Shown here: in pieces, positions 24,352 through 36,369 of the stretch
How positions within the stretch are numbered: the stretch's first letter is position 1
Layout: the number at the start of each line of letters is the position of its first letter
Origin: Octopus sinensis
Taxonomy: Eukaryota
NCBI RefSeq assembly: GCF_006345805.1
Contig: NW_021832554.1
Span: forward strand, 1-57,579
DNA length: 57,579 nt
Direction: 5' to 3'
Notes under the pieces: generated by a model
Databases searched by the model: none
Told to the model about the DNA's origin: nothing
What the model saw: only the letters and a program-made list of their open reading frames with translations
Position numbers and translations under genes: made by a program

Positions 24352-24428
24352 CTGCAACAGAAGAGGAAGAAAGAGAAGTGGCAGCGTTGGTGGTGGTGGT
24401 GGTGGTGGTAGATGATAATGACAAAGAC

Positions 24429-24470
<42 letters not shown>

Positions 24471-24663
24471 GGAGCAATTCCTGTTAACATAAGACAAATA
24501 AGGAAACAAAAAGGAAGTTGAATGAAGGGGAGGGCGTGGTGGTGGTGGTGGTGGTAGTGATGGATTACGATGATGATGATGACAATGGCGATGATGGGAA
24601 TGATGATGATGGCTATGATGATGATGATGGTGGTGGTGCTGGTGATGGTAATGATGATAATGG

Positions 24664-25076
24664 TGGCGAGCTGGCAGAATCGTTAGCACGCCGGGCGAAA
24701 TGCGTAGCCGTATTTCATCTGCCGTTGCGTTCTGAGTTCAAATTCCGCCAAGGTCGACTTTGCCTTTCATCCTTTCGGGGTCGATAAATTAAGTACCAGT
24801 TACGCACTGGTGTCGATATAATCGACTTAATCCGTGTGTCTGTCCTTGTTTGTCCCTTCTATGTTTAGCCCCTTGTGGGTAGTAAAGAAATACGTATTTC
24901 ATCTGTCGTTACGTTCTGAGTTCAATTTCCGCCGAGGTCGACTTTGCCTTTCATCCTTTCGGGGTCGATTAAATAAGTACCAGTTATGCACTGGAGTTGA
25001 TATAATCGTCTTAATCCATTTGTCTGTCCTTGTTCGTCCCCTCTGTGTTTAGCCCCTTGTGGGTAGTAAAGAAATA
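24664..25076 (+). mobile_element. SINE family A dimer with target-site duplication
   Basis: GGTAATGATGATAATG present on both sides of the dimer. Confidence 0.88.
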
Positions 25077-25389
25077 GGTAATGATGATAATGATGGTGAT
25101 GATGATGACAATGGTGATGGTTATGACGGAGCCAATGATGATGATGGTGATGGTGATGATGATAAAAATGATGACGGTGATGGTTATCTAATCTACTCAT
25201 CCAGGCTGTCCCTCAGGAAACCCCAAGACTATTTCCACATCTTTTCCCCATTCATCTCGATCTTCCATAATGCTCCTCAGCCCCTGTATCCCTTCCATAC
25301 CAGCATCCTCTAGCAAGTTGTCGATACAGGTTGTCTTCGTCTTTCCTCTCCTGTTTCTTCCTTCCGTTGGTTACCATAGCACTAGCTTG

Positions 25390-26603
25390 TTAACCCTTCT
25401 GTTACCAACTCGGCTGAAACCGGTTCTGGCTCTGCAGTACAAATGTCTTGTTTTCATAAGTTTTGAATTAAAATCTTCCACCAAACCTTAGTCACAATTT
25501 ATGTTCCTAACACTAGCTGAATGATAACTAAGTTATTTTACTAAATTCTTTGTTATATTTAAAATTAATTGAAAGAAACACAGAGCATCTCAACAGAAAT
25601 ATGGTAACAAAAGGGTTCAAGTCACCATGATATTTTTAACCCTTTCGATGCCAACCCGGCTGAAACCACCTCTGGCTCTGCAGTACAAATGTCTTGTTTT
25701 CATAAGTTCTGAATTAAAATCTTCCACCAATCCTTAGTCACAATTTATGTTCCTAACACTAGCTGAATGATAACTAAGTTATTTTACTGAATTCTTTGTT
25801 ATATTTAAAATTAATTGAAAGAAACACAGAGCATCTCAACAGAAATATGGTAACAAAAGGGTTCAAGTCACCATGATATTTTTAACCCTTTCGATACCAA
25901 CCTGGCTGAAACCACCTCTGGCTCTGTAGTACAAATGTCTTGTTTTCATAAGTTTTGAATTAAAATCTTCCACCAAACCTTAGTCACAATTTATGTTCCT
26001 AACACTAGCTGAATGATAACTAAGTTATTTTACTGAATTCTTTGTTATATTTAAAATTAATTGAAAGAAACACAGAGCATCTCAACAGAAATATGGTAAC
26101 AAAAGGGTTCAAGTCACCATGAGATTTTTAACCCTTTCGATACCAACCTGGCTGAAACCACCTCTGGCTCTGTAGTACAAATGTCTTGTTTTCATAAGTT
26201 TTGAATTAAAATCTTCCACCAAACCTTAGTCACAATTTATATTCCTAACACTAGCTTAATGATACCTAAGTTATTTTACTAAATTCTTTGTTATATTTAA
26301 AATTAATTGAAAGAAACACAGAACATCTCAACAGAAATATGGTAACAAAAGGGTTCAAGTCACCATGATATTTTTAACCCTTTTGATACCAACCCGGCTG
26401 AAAGCAACTCCGGCTCTGTAGTACAAATGTCTTGTTCTCATAAGTTCTGAATTAAAATCTTCCACCAAATCTTATTCACAATTTATGTTCCTAACACCAG
26501 CTTAATGATAACTAAGTTATTTTACTAAATTCTTTCTTATATTTAAAATTAATTGAGAGAAACACAGAGCATCTCAACAGAAATACGGTAACAAAAGGGT
26601 TAA
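25390..26603. repeat. Five-copy tandem array of a 222-bp piggyBac-type MITE (246-bp unit)
   Basis: TTAA|CCCTT...AAGGG|TTAA at the outer ends; 14-bp TIR CCCTTTYGTTACCA; 16-nt spacer AGTCACCATGATATTT between units. Confidence 0.9.
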
Positions 26604-26910
26604 CAATTCCATCGGTGTGTCTGACACAGCATCCATCTAGTCTCATCCCTCTATGCTGCATCTTCAATGTTACTTTTGGTAGTCCCTGGTATAGGTCAGC
26701 GTTTGTTGTCTGACTCTTCCAGGAGACACTGAGTGCCATTCTAAGCATCCTCATATAACAACCGTCCAACTGCTTCTTCAATGCTTTAGTGAGCATCCAT
26801 GTTTCAGCCCCGTATGGAAGAACAGACTCCACTGTTGCCAGAAACAAAATCATTTTCAATTTCCTTGCTAACTTTGAACTCCAAACCTTTCGCAATTTGT
26901 GACATGAGCA

Positions 26911-27931
26911 TAAGGTGGCTAGCTGGCAGAATCGTAAGCATACCAGGCAAAATGCTTAGCGGTATTTTGTCTGTCTTTACATTCTGAGTTCAAATTCTGC
27001 CGAGGCTGATTTTGCCTTTCATCCTTTCGGGATTGATAAATTAAGTACCAGTTGCATACTGGAGTCGATCTAATCAACTGGCCCTATCCCAAATATTTCA
27101 GGCCTTGTGCCTAGAGTTGAATGGAATATTTAAAGGGTGAGCTGGCAGAAGCTTTAGCACACCGGGTGAAATGCTTAGCAGTATTTTGTCTGTCTTTACG
27201 TTCTGAGTTCAAATTCCACCAAGGTCGACTTTGCCTTTTATCCTTTCGGGGGTCGATAAATTAAGTACCAGTTGTGTATTGGGGTTGATCCAATCGACTG
27301 TCCTCCCTCCCCCAAAATATCGGGCCTTGTGCCTAGAGGAGAAAGGAATATATAAAGGTGGTGAGCTGGCAGAATCATTAGCACGGGGGGCGAAATGCTT
27401 TGCGGTATTTCATCTGTCTTTGTATTCTGAGTTCAAATTCTGCTGAGGTCGACTTTGCCTTTCATTCTTTCAGGGTCGATAAGTACCAGTTACGCACTGG
27501 GGTTGATATAATCCACTTAATTCGTTTGTCCGTCCTTGTTTGTCCCCTCTGTGTTTAGCCCCTTGTGGATAGCAAAGAAATAGGTATTTCGTCTGCCGTT
27601 ATGTTCTGAGTTCAAATTCCGCTGAGGTCGACTTTGCCTTTCATCCTTTCGGGGTCGATTAAATAAGTACCAGTTACGCACTGGGGTCAATATTATCGAT
27701 TTAATCCATTTGTCTGTCCTTGTTTTTCCTCTCCGTGTTTATCCCCTTGTGGGTAGTAAAAAAATAGGTATTTCGTCTGCCGTTATTTTCTGAGTTCAAA
27801 TTCCGCCGAGGTCGACTTAGCCTTTCATCCTTCCGAGGTTGATAAATTAAGTGCCAGTTGCGTATTGGGGCTGATCCAATCGACTAGCACCCTCCCCCAA
27901 AATATTGGGCCTTGTGCCTAGAGTAGAAAAG
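26911..27931 (+). mobile_element. SINE family A multimer cluster inside the RTE element
   Basis: About six units; flanked by AATTTGTG(A/C)CATG(A/T)GC at 26894-26909 and 27932-27947. Confidence 0.85.
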
Positions 27932-28209
27932 AATTTGTGCCATGTGCTCCAGGCTAGAGCTTTCCTTGGTACGATGTCTTCTTCAGTACTTTGCGTCCAC
28001 ACACCAAAGTATTTGAAATTTTCAACTACCTTCAGCGATTTACCGTCGACTTACTGCGAGAAGAATGCTACGATTGGTCTACATTGCGAAATTTGTGATG
28101 GTTATGATGATGATGATAAGAAATGATGATGATGATGATGATGATGACATTGGAAATGATGATGATCACATTGTTAGGGACCAGAAGAATGAGAAACCTT
28201 GGAGATCGC

Positions 28210-29190
28210 TCAATGTGTGTGTGTGTGTGTGTGTGTGCAAATGAGTATGTGTCTGCATGTGTGCATACGTGTGTACATCTTAAAGTGTGTGTGTATGAGT
28301 ATACATGTGTATGTGTGTGTGGGGTCTGCCTGTGTCTGTGCATGTATTTCTGTGTAAGTATATGCATGTGTGTGTGTGTGTGTGTGTATGCTGCATCTAA
28401 GTATATGCATGTGTGTGTGTCTGTAAATATGTCAGTGTGTATGTGTCTGTGAGAATGTGTGTGTATGTGAGTGAGTATAAGCATATGTAAGAGTATATAT
28501 GCATGTGTGTGTGTGTGTCTGTGAGCATATGTGTGTGTATGTATGTGTGTATATGCATGTCTGTGTGTGTGTATATGTGTGTCTCTGCATATAAGTATTT
28601 CTGTGTGTCTGTGAGTACATGTGTGTATGTGTGTGTGCATGTATGTGTATGTGTGTGTGCATGTATGTGTATGTGTGTGCATGTATGTGTATGTGTATAT
28701 GCATGTATGTGTATGTGTGTATGCATGTATGTGTATGTGTGTATGCATGTATGTGTATGTGTGTGCATGTATGTGTATGTGTATATGTGTGTGCATGTAT
28801 GTGTGTATGCATGTATATGTATGTGTGTGTGCATGTATGTGTATGTGTGCATGTATGTGTATGTGTGTATGCATGTATGTGTATGTGTGTATGCATGTAT
28901 GTGTATGTGTGTGTGCATGTATGTGTATGTGTGTACGCATGTATGTGAGTGCATGTCTGTGTGTATGTATGTGTGTATGCATGTCTCTGTGTGTACATGT
29001 GTGTCTGTATATGTGCATGTGTGTGTATACGCATGCATATATGTATGTATGAGTGTATATGCATGTGTGCGTGTGTGCATGTGCGGGTATGTGTGTCTCT
29101 GCATATAAGCGTTTCTCTGTGTGTGCGCGACTGTGAGTATATGTGTGTGTGTATGTATGTGTATGTATGTGTGTGTGCGAGTGTATGTAT
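28210..29190. repeat. (TG/TATG)n compound microsatellite
   Basis: Direct inspection; source of the HT/CVY ORFs. Confidence 0.95.
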
Positions 29191-29210
29191 AAGTTCGTTA
29201 CTTTACTTAC

Positions 29211-29353
29211 AGAATGTTCAGGATCCGCAGACTGCCTTCGACCCGTGGCGCACTCTTGCCTACTTTGCTGTTGGACACAGAAACAGCCGAGGTGGACCTG
29301 GACACATTGGCATTCCTGGCAATTTGGGACTGGTGACTCTTACACAAAAACAT
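29211..29353 (-). CDS. WD40-repeat protein, putative first coding exon: MFLCKSHQSQIARNANVSRSTSAVSVSNSKVGKSAPRVEGSLRILNI(L)
   Basis: ATG at 29353 with an in-frame TAG just upstream; donor ct|gtaagt; phase 2 out, compatible with exon 24267-24351; candidate acceptor ttatatag| at 29363 suggests an upstream UTR exon. The exact start codon is less certain than the donor. Confidence 0.75.
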
Positions 29354-29430
29354 AGTTGACGTCTATATAATATATATCAGTCTATATAATCATATATGTG
29401 TGTGTGTGTGTATGTCTATGTATGAGTATG

Positions 29431-29463
<33 letters not shown>

Positions 29464-29644
29464 CAATGTGTATGTCTATGTATGAGTATGTACTAGTGTG
29501 TGTGTGTGTGTCAATGTGTATGTCTATGTATGAGTATGTACTAGTGTGTGTGTGTGTGTGTGTCAATGTGTATGTCTATGTATGAGTATGTACTAGTGTG
29601 TGTGTGTGTGTGTGTGTCAATGTGTATGTCTATGTATGAGTATG

Positions 29645-29682
<38 letters not shown>

Positions 29683-29838
29683 TGTATGTATATGTGTATA
29701 TATTATATGTTTATGCTCCTCTGTGTGTGTGTATGTATATATTATCTATATATTTTAACTCTTTCTGTGTATGTATATATGTATGTATGTATATGTGTGT
29801 GTCTATCTATGTGTGTGTATAATATATGATATATATAT

Positions 29839-29875
<37 letters not shown>

Positions 29876-30109
29876 CATTCAACTCTTTCGATGTGTGTAT
29901 ATATTATATGTTTATGCTCCTGTGTGTGTGTGTGTGTGTGTATGTATATATTATCTATATATTTTAACTCTTTCTGTGTGTATGTATGTATGTATATGTG
30001 TGTGTGTGTGTGTCTATGTATATATATGATATATATATATCATTCAACTCTTTCGATGTGTGGATATATTTATGTGTGTACACACACATATATATATATA
30101 TGTGTGTTT

Positions 30110-30391
30110 ATGCGTATCTATCTGTCTATCTTTCTCCCTATGCATATATGTATCTATCTTTCTCTATGTATTTATCTATCTATCTTTCTCACTATGCATA
30201 TATGTATGTATCTATCTATCGTTCTCTCTATACATTTATCTATCTATCTATCTACTTGTCTGTCTATCTACCAATCTATCTATCTACCTACCTATCTATC
30301 TATCTACCTACCTACCTATCTATCTACTTGTCTGTCTATCTATCTATCTGTCTATCTATCTATCTTATCTGTCTATCTATCTATCTATCTA

Positions 30392-30426
<35 letters not shown>

Positions 30427-30531
30427 CTTGTCTGTCTATCTATCTATCTATCTACCTACCTACCTATCTATCTACTTGTCTGTCTATCTATCTATCTATC
30501 TATCTATCTGTCTATCTATCTATCTTATCTG

Positions 30532-30567
<36 letters not shown>

Positions 30568-31600
30568 CTTGTCTGTCTATCTATCTATCTATCTACCTAT
30601 CTATCTGTCTGTATGAACCTAAATATTTTCCACGTTTTTAATTGACAAAAAACAATAACGCCCGTACAGCATTGTCTCCCCTGATTAACACCTCAAAAAG
30701 TTTTCAAAAATTCTTTTTTCTTTTCTTCCTAAATATATATATCAACCGTTATTGATGTTTACAGTAAAATATATTTTTCAAATCAGCCTTAATCCTTGAC
30801 TACTTCATTACAGCGCCATATTGATGCTGGTATCGATATCGTTACAGTGGTGGTGGTAGGGGGTGAATTGAGATTGAATACGGGATCGATAACGTAAAGT
30901 ACAATTATTGGAAAAGGGGAGATCTTGTGGGGTGGGGGCAATTGATTTTTTTTCTTCTTCTTGTTTTGATATATTATAATTCTTTGATAAATGAACCGTC
31001 ACTCCATTGCAGAATTTTGAGGCCTTTGGTCTAAGAAATATCTATGTATCTATTTGTCGCTCCCTGTATATCTATCTATCTCTCGCTCCCTGTGTATCTA
31101 TCTATACCTCGCTCCCTACCTATATATCGATCTATCGCTCCCTATATATCTATTTGTCTGTCTATCAATCTCTCTCTCTCTATCTATCTGTCTATCAATT
31201 TCTCTCTCTCTCTATCTATCTATCAATTTCTCTCTCTCTATCTGTCTATCAATCTCTCTCTCTCTATCTATCTATCAATCTCTCTCTATCTATCTGTCTC
31301 TCTCTCTCTATCTGTCTATCAATCTCTCTCTCTATCAATCTATCTGTCTATCAATCTCTCTATCTATCTATCTATGAACCTATCTCTCTATCTCTATCTA
31401 CCAATTTCTCTCTATCTATCAATTTCTCTCTCTCTCTCTCTGTCTATCAATCTCTCTCTCTATATCTATCTGTCTATCAATCTCTCTCTCTCTCTCTCTC
31501 TATCTATCAATCTTTCTCTCTCTCTCTCTATCTATCAATCTTTCTCTTTCTCTCTCTCTCTCTCTATCTATCTATCTGTTTATCAATTTCTCTATCAATC
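30110..31600. repeat. (TCTA/TC)n microsatellite blocks (30110-30610 and 31040-31600)
   Basis: Direct inspection. Confidence 0.9.
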
Positions 31601-32054
31601 TATCATTCACGTTATTAACAATAAATACTCCTGTTGGCGTAGACGGCGTAATTGTTGTTACACTGTTTTAGTTGTTGTTGCTAATAAAGTTCTTATTGCC
31701 AGAATTATCGAATTATCGTCATTTTCCGTTTATGTCCTTCCTGCAGTTCTTAACATTGTCACCATTTTTGCCTTCTTTCTCTTATTATCCTTCAAACTAA
31801 ATCTTTCAGCAGCCCTTTCGGCCAACAAAGAAAGAATTATCAAAAGTTATGCCAAAGTTACTCTCTGGTTATCTTTACAATTATTATTATCAATTTTGTT
31901 GTAGTCAAAACTCCTCTGTTTTTACTCCAAATTCAAAATATTTCACATCCTTCTCTTTCGTCTCTCGATTCTTCCTCAGTTTCGTTGTTTTTCTTTTTCT
32001 TTTTTTGTTCCTTCTTTAATCCATGTTTCCTTAAAGTGCTTCGTCCCTTAGTCC

Positions 32055-32423
32055 AGCGGTATTTCGTCTGTCGTTACGTTCTGAGTTCAAATTCCGCCGA
32101 GGTCGACTTTGCCTTTCATCCTTTCGGGGTCGATAAATAAAAGTACCAGTTTCTCACTGGGGTCGATATAATCGACTTAATCCCTTTGTCTGTCCTAGTT
32201 TATCCCCTCTGTCTTTAGCCCCTTGTGAGTAGTAAAGAAATAGGTATTTCGTCTGTCGTTACGCTCTGAGTTCAAATTCCGCCGAGGTCGACTTTGCCTT
32301 TCATCCTTTCAGGGTCGATTAAATAAGTACCAGTTGCATACTGGGGTCGATGTAATCGACTTAATCCCTTTGTCTGTCCTTGTTTGTCCTCTCTATGTTT
32401 AGCCCCTTGTGGGTAGTAAAGAA

Positions 32424-32425
<2 letters not shown>
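32055..32425 (+). mobile_element. SINE family A dimer
   Basis: Two units joined by GAAATA|GGTATTTCG. Confidence 0.85.
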
Positions 32426-32454
<29 letters not shown>

Positions 32455-32789
32455 GGCGTGTGTGTATACCGGAGTAAACACATAAATGTGAAACAAGGTG
32501 GAAAAAAGGGTATCCAAATACTAGCAAAAAACTGTCCGATGAACGGCAACGGGTAAACTCAGAGTAACAGGTTTTGTTGAATTTTCTGCTGCTTTAAATA
32601 AAGTATATATGTGTGTATATATATAGAGAGTGATATATAGATATATTTGTAGCTGGTCTCTGAATAGTCTATATTATTTATTTTCCTTTCTTCTACTCTT
32701 TCAACGACAATTCAATCCAAACGAATATATATTCCAAATCTCTCTCTCTCTCTCTCCATATATATATATGTATATATACATACATACGT

Positions 32790-32849
<60 letters not shown>

Positions 32850-33155
32850 CATACATACATACGTGTAATATATATATAATATATACATACAATACGTATA
32901 TTATATACATACGTAATATATATATAATATATACATACATATATATATATATATGTATATGTATCTATATGTGTGTGTATGTAAAACATGTGCATATATA
33001 TATATAAAACGTGTGTTTACGCATGTATAAAAATATATAATTACATACAAAAATGTATATATATATATATATATACATACACACACATATAGATATGCGT
33101 TTATATATATATATATATATATATAACATGCGTTTATATAAAGGCCTTTATTTTC

Positions 33156-33331
33156 ATTGGTGCTGACGGCGTCGTGTAGCTGTTGTTGCTCAGCAACGGC
33201 GCAGTTGTGGAGTAGGAGTGGGAGGAGAGAAAGTGGAGGAGGGTGAAGTAAGAGGGGGGGAAATAGGGAGGGTGTAGGGGGAGAGCGGCAGCAGTGAATC
33301 TCTGAAAACCACGTAGAACTTTTTTGATTGG
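33156..33331 (-). promoter_or_regulatory. Candidate promoter with an RFX X-box and two CCAAT boxes
   Basis: GTTGCTCAGCAAC at 33185-33197; ATTGG at 33156-33160 and 33327-33331; CpG-containing unique island between microsatellites. Confidence 0.45.
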
Positions 33332-33371
33332 TCCACCTTCCACCTTGACTGATGGGTGTTTGTTCGCGTGC

Positions 33372-33415
<44 letters not shown>

Positions 33416-33576
33416 ACGAGAGACTTGTTTCCTGTGTGCGTATGTGTGTGTGGGTGTATATATATATATATATATATATTAACATATACATACTCTTTTA
33501 CTTGTTTAGGTCATTTGACTGCGGCCATGATGGAGCACCGTCTTTAGTCGAGCAAATCGACCCCAGGAGTTATTCT

Positions 33577-34004
33577 GGATGTTTTCGGTTTGAACAGCAA
33601 TTTTTAAAAAAATATATTTCCACGTAGCTAAACACTATTAAACTTCATATACTGCTAGAATGTGTTTATAAAACATCTTTTTCTCTTGGCTTTATTGAGA
33701 AAATTCTATGGTTTGTAAGATATTTGTTGGTTTTTTTTTTTCAATTTCTGAAATTTCAACCAATCACTGACGTCTATTGAGGTAAAAAAAAAAACATTCT
33801 GTGCCGTATGAATATGTCCCTCGTTTAAGAAACAGATTGGGTTTATTTACATTTGTGAAGAAAAAAAAGATACCCTTCCCCCCACCTCTAACCCGAACCC
33901 TAAAACAGATTGATATGCAATAGATCGATTCTAGGGTCATAATCCTGGGTGACAATTTCATATGACACCGCTAGAAAAAAATGCCGTTCAAACCGAAAAG
34001 ATCC
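33577..34004. mobile_element. 428-bp MITE with GG...CC termini and 8-bp TSD (Merlin-like)
   Basis: TIRs GGATGTTTTCGGTTTGAACAGCAATTT and AAAATGCCGTTCAAACCGAAAAGATCC; TSD (G/C)TTATTCT; interrupts a SINE B tail. Confidence 0.8.
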
Positions 34005-34626
34005 CTTATTCTTTGTAAGCCTAGTACTTATTATATCGGAACCTTTTCCGAACCGCTAAGTTACGGGGACGTAAACACACCAGCATCGGTTATCAATAGA
34101 TGTTGGGGGGACAAACACACACACATACATATACATCATCATCATCGTTTAACGTCTGTTTTCCATGCTTGCATGGGTTGGATGTATATGTGTGTGCGTG
34201 TGTGTATGTATGTGTGCGTATGTATTTGTGTGTCTGCGTTTGTTCTCCCAACATCGCTTGACAACCGATGTTGGTGTGTTTACGTCCCCGTAACTTAGCG
34301 GTTCGGCAAAAGAGACCGATAGAGTAAGTACTAGCATTCCAAAGAATAAGTCCTGGGATCAGTTTGTTCGACTAAAGGCGGTGCTCCAGCATGGCCGCAG
34401 TCAAATGACCGAAACAAGTAAAAGAGTATATATAGCTGGGGCACCGCCTTGAATGAATCAACCCCAGTACATTTCTTTTAAGCCTAGTACTTATTTTATC
34501 GATCTCTCTAGCTGAACAGCTAAGTTACAGGAACATAAACACACCAACACCGCTCGCCAAGTGATACTGCAGGTCAAACCAAACACAAAGACATATAGAT
34601 ATATGCATATATTGATATATATATAA

Positions 34627-34930
34627 GGAAGGGCAATGGCCCCGTGGTTAGGGCAGCGGACTCGCGGTTGTAGGATCGCGGTTTCGATTCCCAGACCAGG
34701 CCTTATGAGTGTTTATTGAGCGAAAACACCTAAAAGCTCCACAAGGCTCCGGCAGGGGGTGGTCGTGATCCCTGCTGTACACTTTCGCCACAACTTCCTC
34801 TCACTCTTTCTTTAGTTGGCCTGCTCGCTTAGCCAGCGGGGTGGCATCATTTGGAGGCTAAAACAATGCAAAACGCATTGTGACCAGCGATGTGTAGCAA
34901 CATCTGATAGCCTGGTCGGTCACGGTGATA
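34627..34930 (+). mobile_element. tRNA-derived SINE, fourth family
   Basis: A-box-like TGGCCCCGTGGTTAG, B-box-like GGTTTCGATTCCC and a non-coding body. Confidence 0.65.
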
Positions 34931-35111
34931 TTGATATATATAGATAGATGCTGCTAAGCATTTCGCCTGGTGTGCTAACGATTCTGCTAGCTTGCTCCTT
35001 TAAAGTAGCACCAAATATTCTTTCCTACCCTAGGCACAAGGCCTGAAATTTTGGGAGAGGGGCCAGATTAGATCGACTCCAGTATGCAACTGGTACTTAA
35101 TTTATCAACCC

Positions 35112-36152
35112 TGGACAAAACACATCGATAAAATTGCCAAGAAGGCTGAGGGTGTCTTGGCATCACTCACCAAGTCCTTTGTGAGCCGCTCTCCGGCTAT
35201 CTATCTGCGGCTTTATATAGCTATGGTAAGACCTCAACTGGAATTTGCATCACCGGTCTGGAACCCCTATCTTGCCCAGGATATTAATCGTCTGGAAGCC
35301 GTTCAGCGACGTGCAACCATGAGAATACCCTCCATCAGGCATTTGCCATATTCTGAACGCCTTACTTCCCTGGGCATGGACACGTTGAAACTCCGACTTC
35401 TGGCAGCTGACTTGGCAGACACCCATAAAATTATCAACCATCTTATAAACAATAACTCTGAGCACCTTTTCAAACTCCACCCGTCTAACACCCGTGGACA
35501 TATTTACAAAGTCAGAAAACAGCACAGCTCCCATGACTTTCGGAAACATTTTTTCACGCTGAGAGTTACTGAAGCATGGAACAGACTGCCGGCATCAGTT
35601 GTTAGTTGTCGGAGCACTGCATCTTTCAAAACTTCCATGCTTCCTGAGATTCGCCAACACTACACCTGATTTTCTCTCCTCCATACACACACAAGCATGT
35701 ATCTGACTCATACATTGTTCGCTTTCCAGACATTTGTACATTACTGCATATACTTTATACGCACTTTCTGACAAGTTAGTTAGTTAGTTAGTTAATTTTT
35801 TGGCTCAAAAAGCAAAAAACAAGGCCATGTAGGGGGACATGGAGTTAAGTACAGGGTGGTGTTCATGTAAAGAGTTCAGGCCACTTGGGGTCAAGGGAGA
35901 CTTTGAACAAAGCGGTTGTTGGCATCTTCACCATCTCATCTGGCAGCTTGTTCCACGGATCCGCAACCTGGATGGAGAAAACCCCTCTCCTTCGATTGAG
36001 ATGAAATTATCGCAGATAGAGCTTTTCGGAATGACCCTGCAGCCGACGCTCTGGAGCAGGAGTGAAGAACAGCTCTTTCGAGAGGTTACACTTTCCGCTT
36101 ATTATGTTGTGGTGCACCTGAGCACTGTATACAATAATTTCATTTATTATAT
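35112..36152 (+). mobile_element. CR1-clade LINE 3' end (ORF ends at 35669) with a second CR1-type fragment nested in its 3' UTR
   Basis: VRPQLEFASPVWNPY...LEAVQRRAT...TRGH...WNRLP motifs; 3' UTR resumes at ~36106 after the insert. Confidence 0.88.
35778..36105 (-). mobile_element. Second CR1-type LINE 3' fragment with a (CTAA)n tail
   Basis: Minus-strand translation ELFF.PAPERRLQGHSEKL....FS.QVADPWNKLPDEMV; tail AACTAACTAACT. Confidence 0.75.
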
Positions 36153-36369
36153 TATGAAAGGATGAAAGTCAAAGCCAACCTCGGCGGAATTTGAACTCAG
36201 AACAGAGTTGATATATTGAAAAGTCAATGGCCAAAATGGAATGTCCAGTCTCTCTGCAAGATTAATTGAAATTTTGCTATTAACTCATAACGAAGAAAGG
36301 AAATTTTAATTAAGAAGGAATTTCTCAACTACATACGTAATTTAACATTCTGGCACTTTAATTTAGTCT

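Larger units (their letters stand above)
25190..28055 (-). mobile_element. RTE-clade LINE remnant split into three pieces (25190-25389, 26604-26910, 27932-28055)
   Basis: Rejoined translation VDGKSLKVVENFKYFG...KALAWS..HKLRKVWSS...ATVESVLPYGAETW...LRMAL...CVRHTDGIVNKLVLW*PTEGR...EDRDEW. Confidence 0.85.

Noticed and set aside
31600-32045. Lys/Glu-rich coding-like stretch on the minus strand
   Set aside because: Stops in all frames, no convincing splice pair and no recognisable motif; may be UTR or a decayed element.
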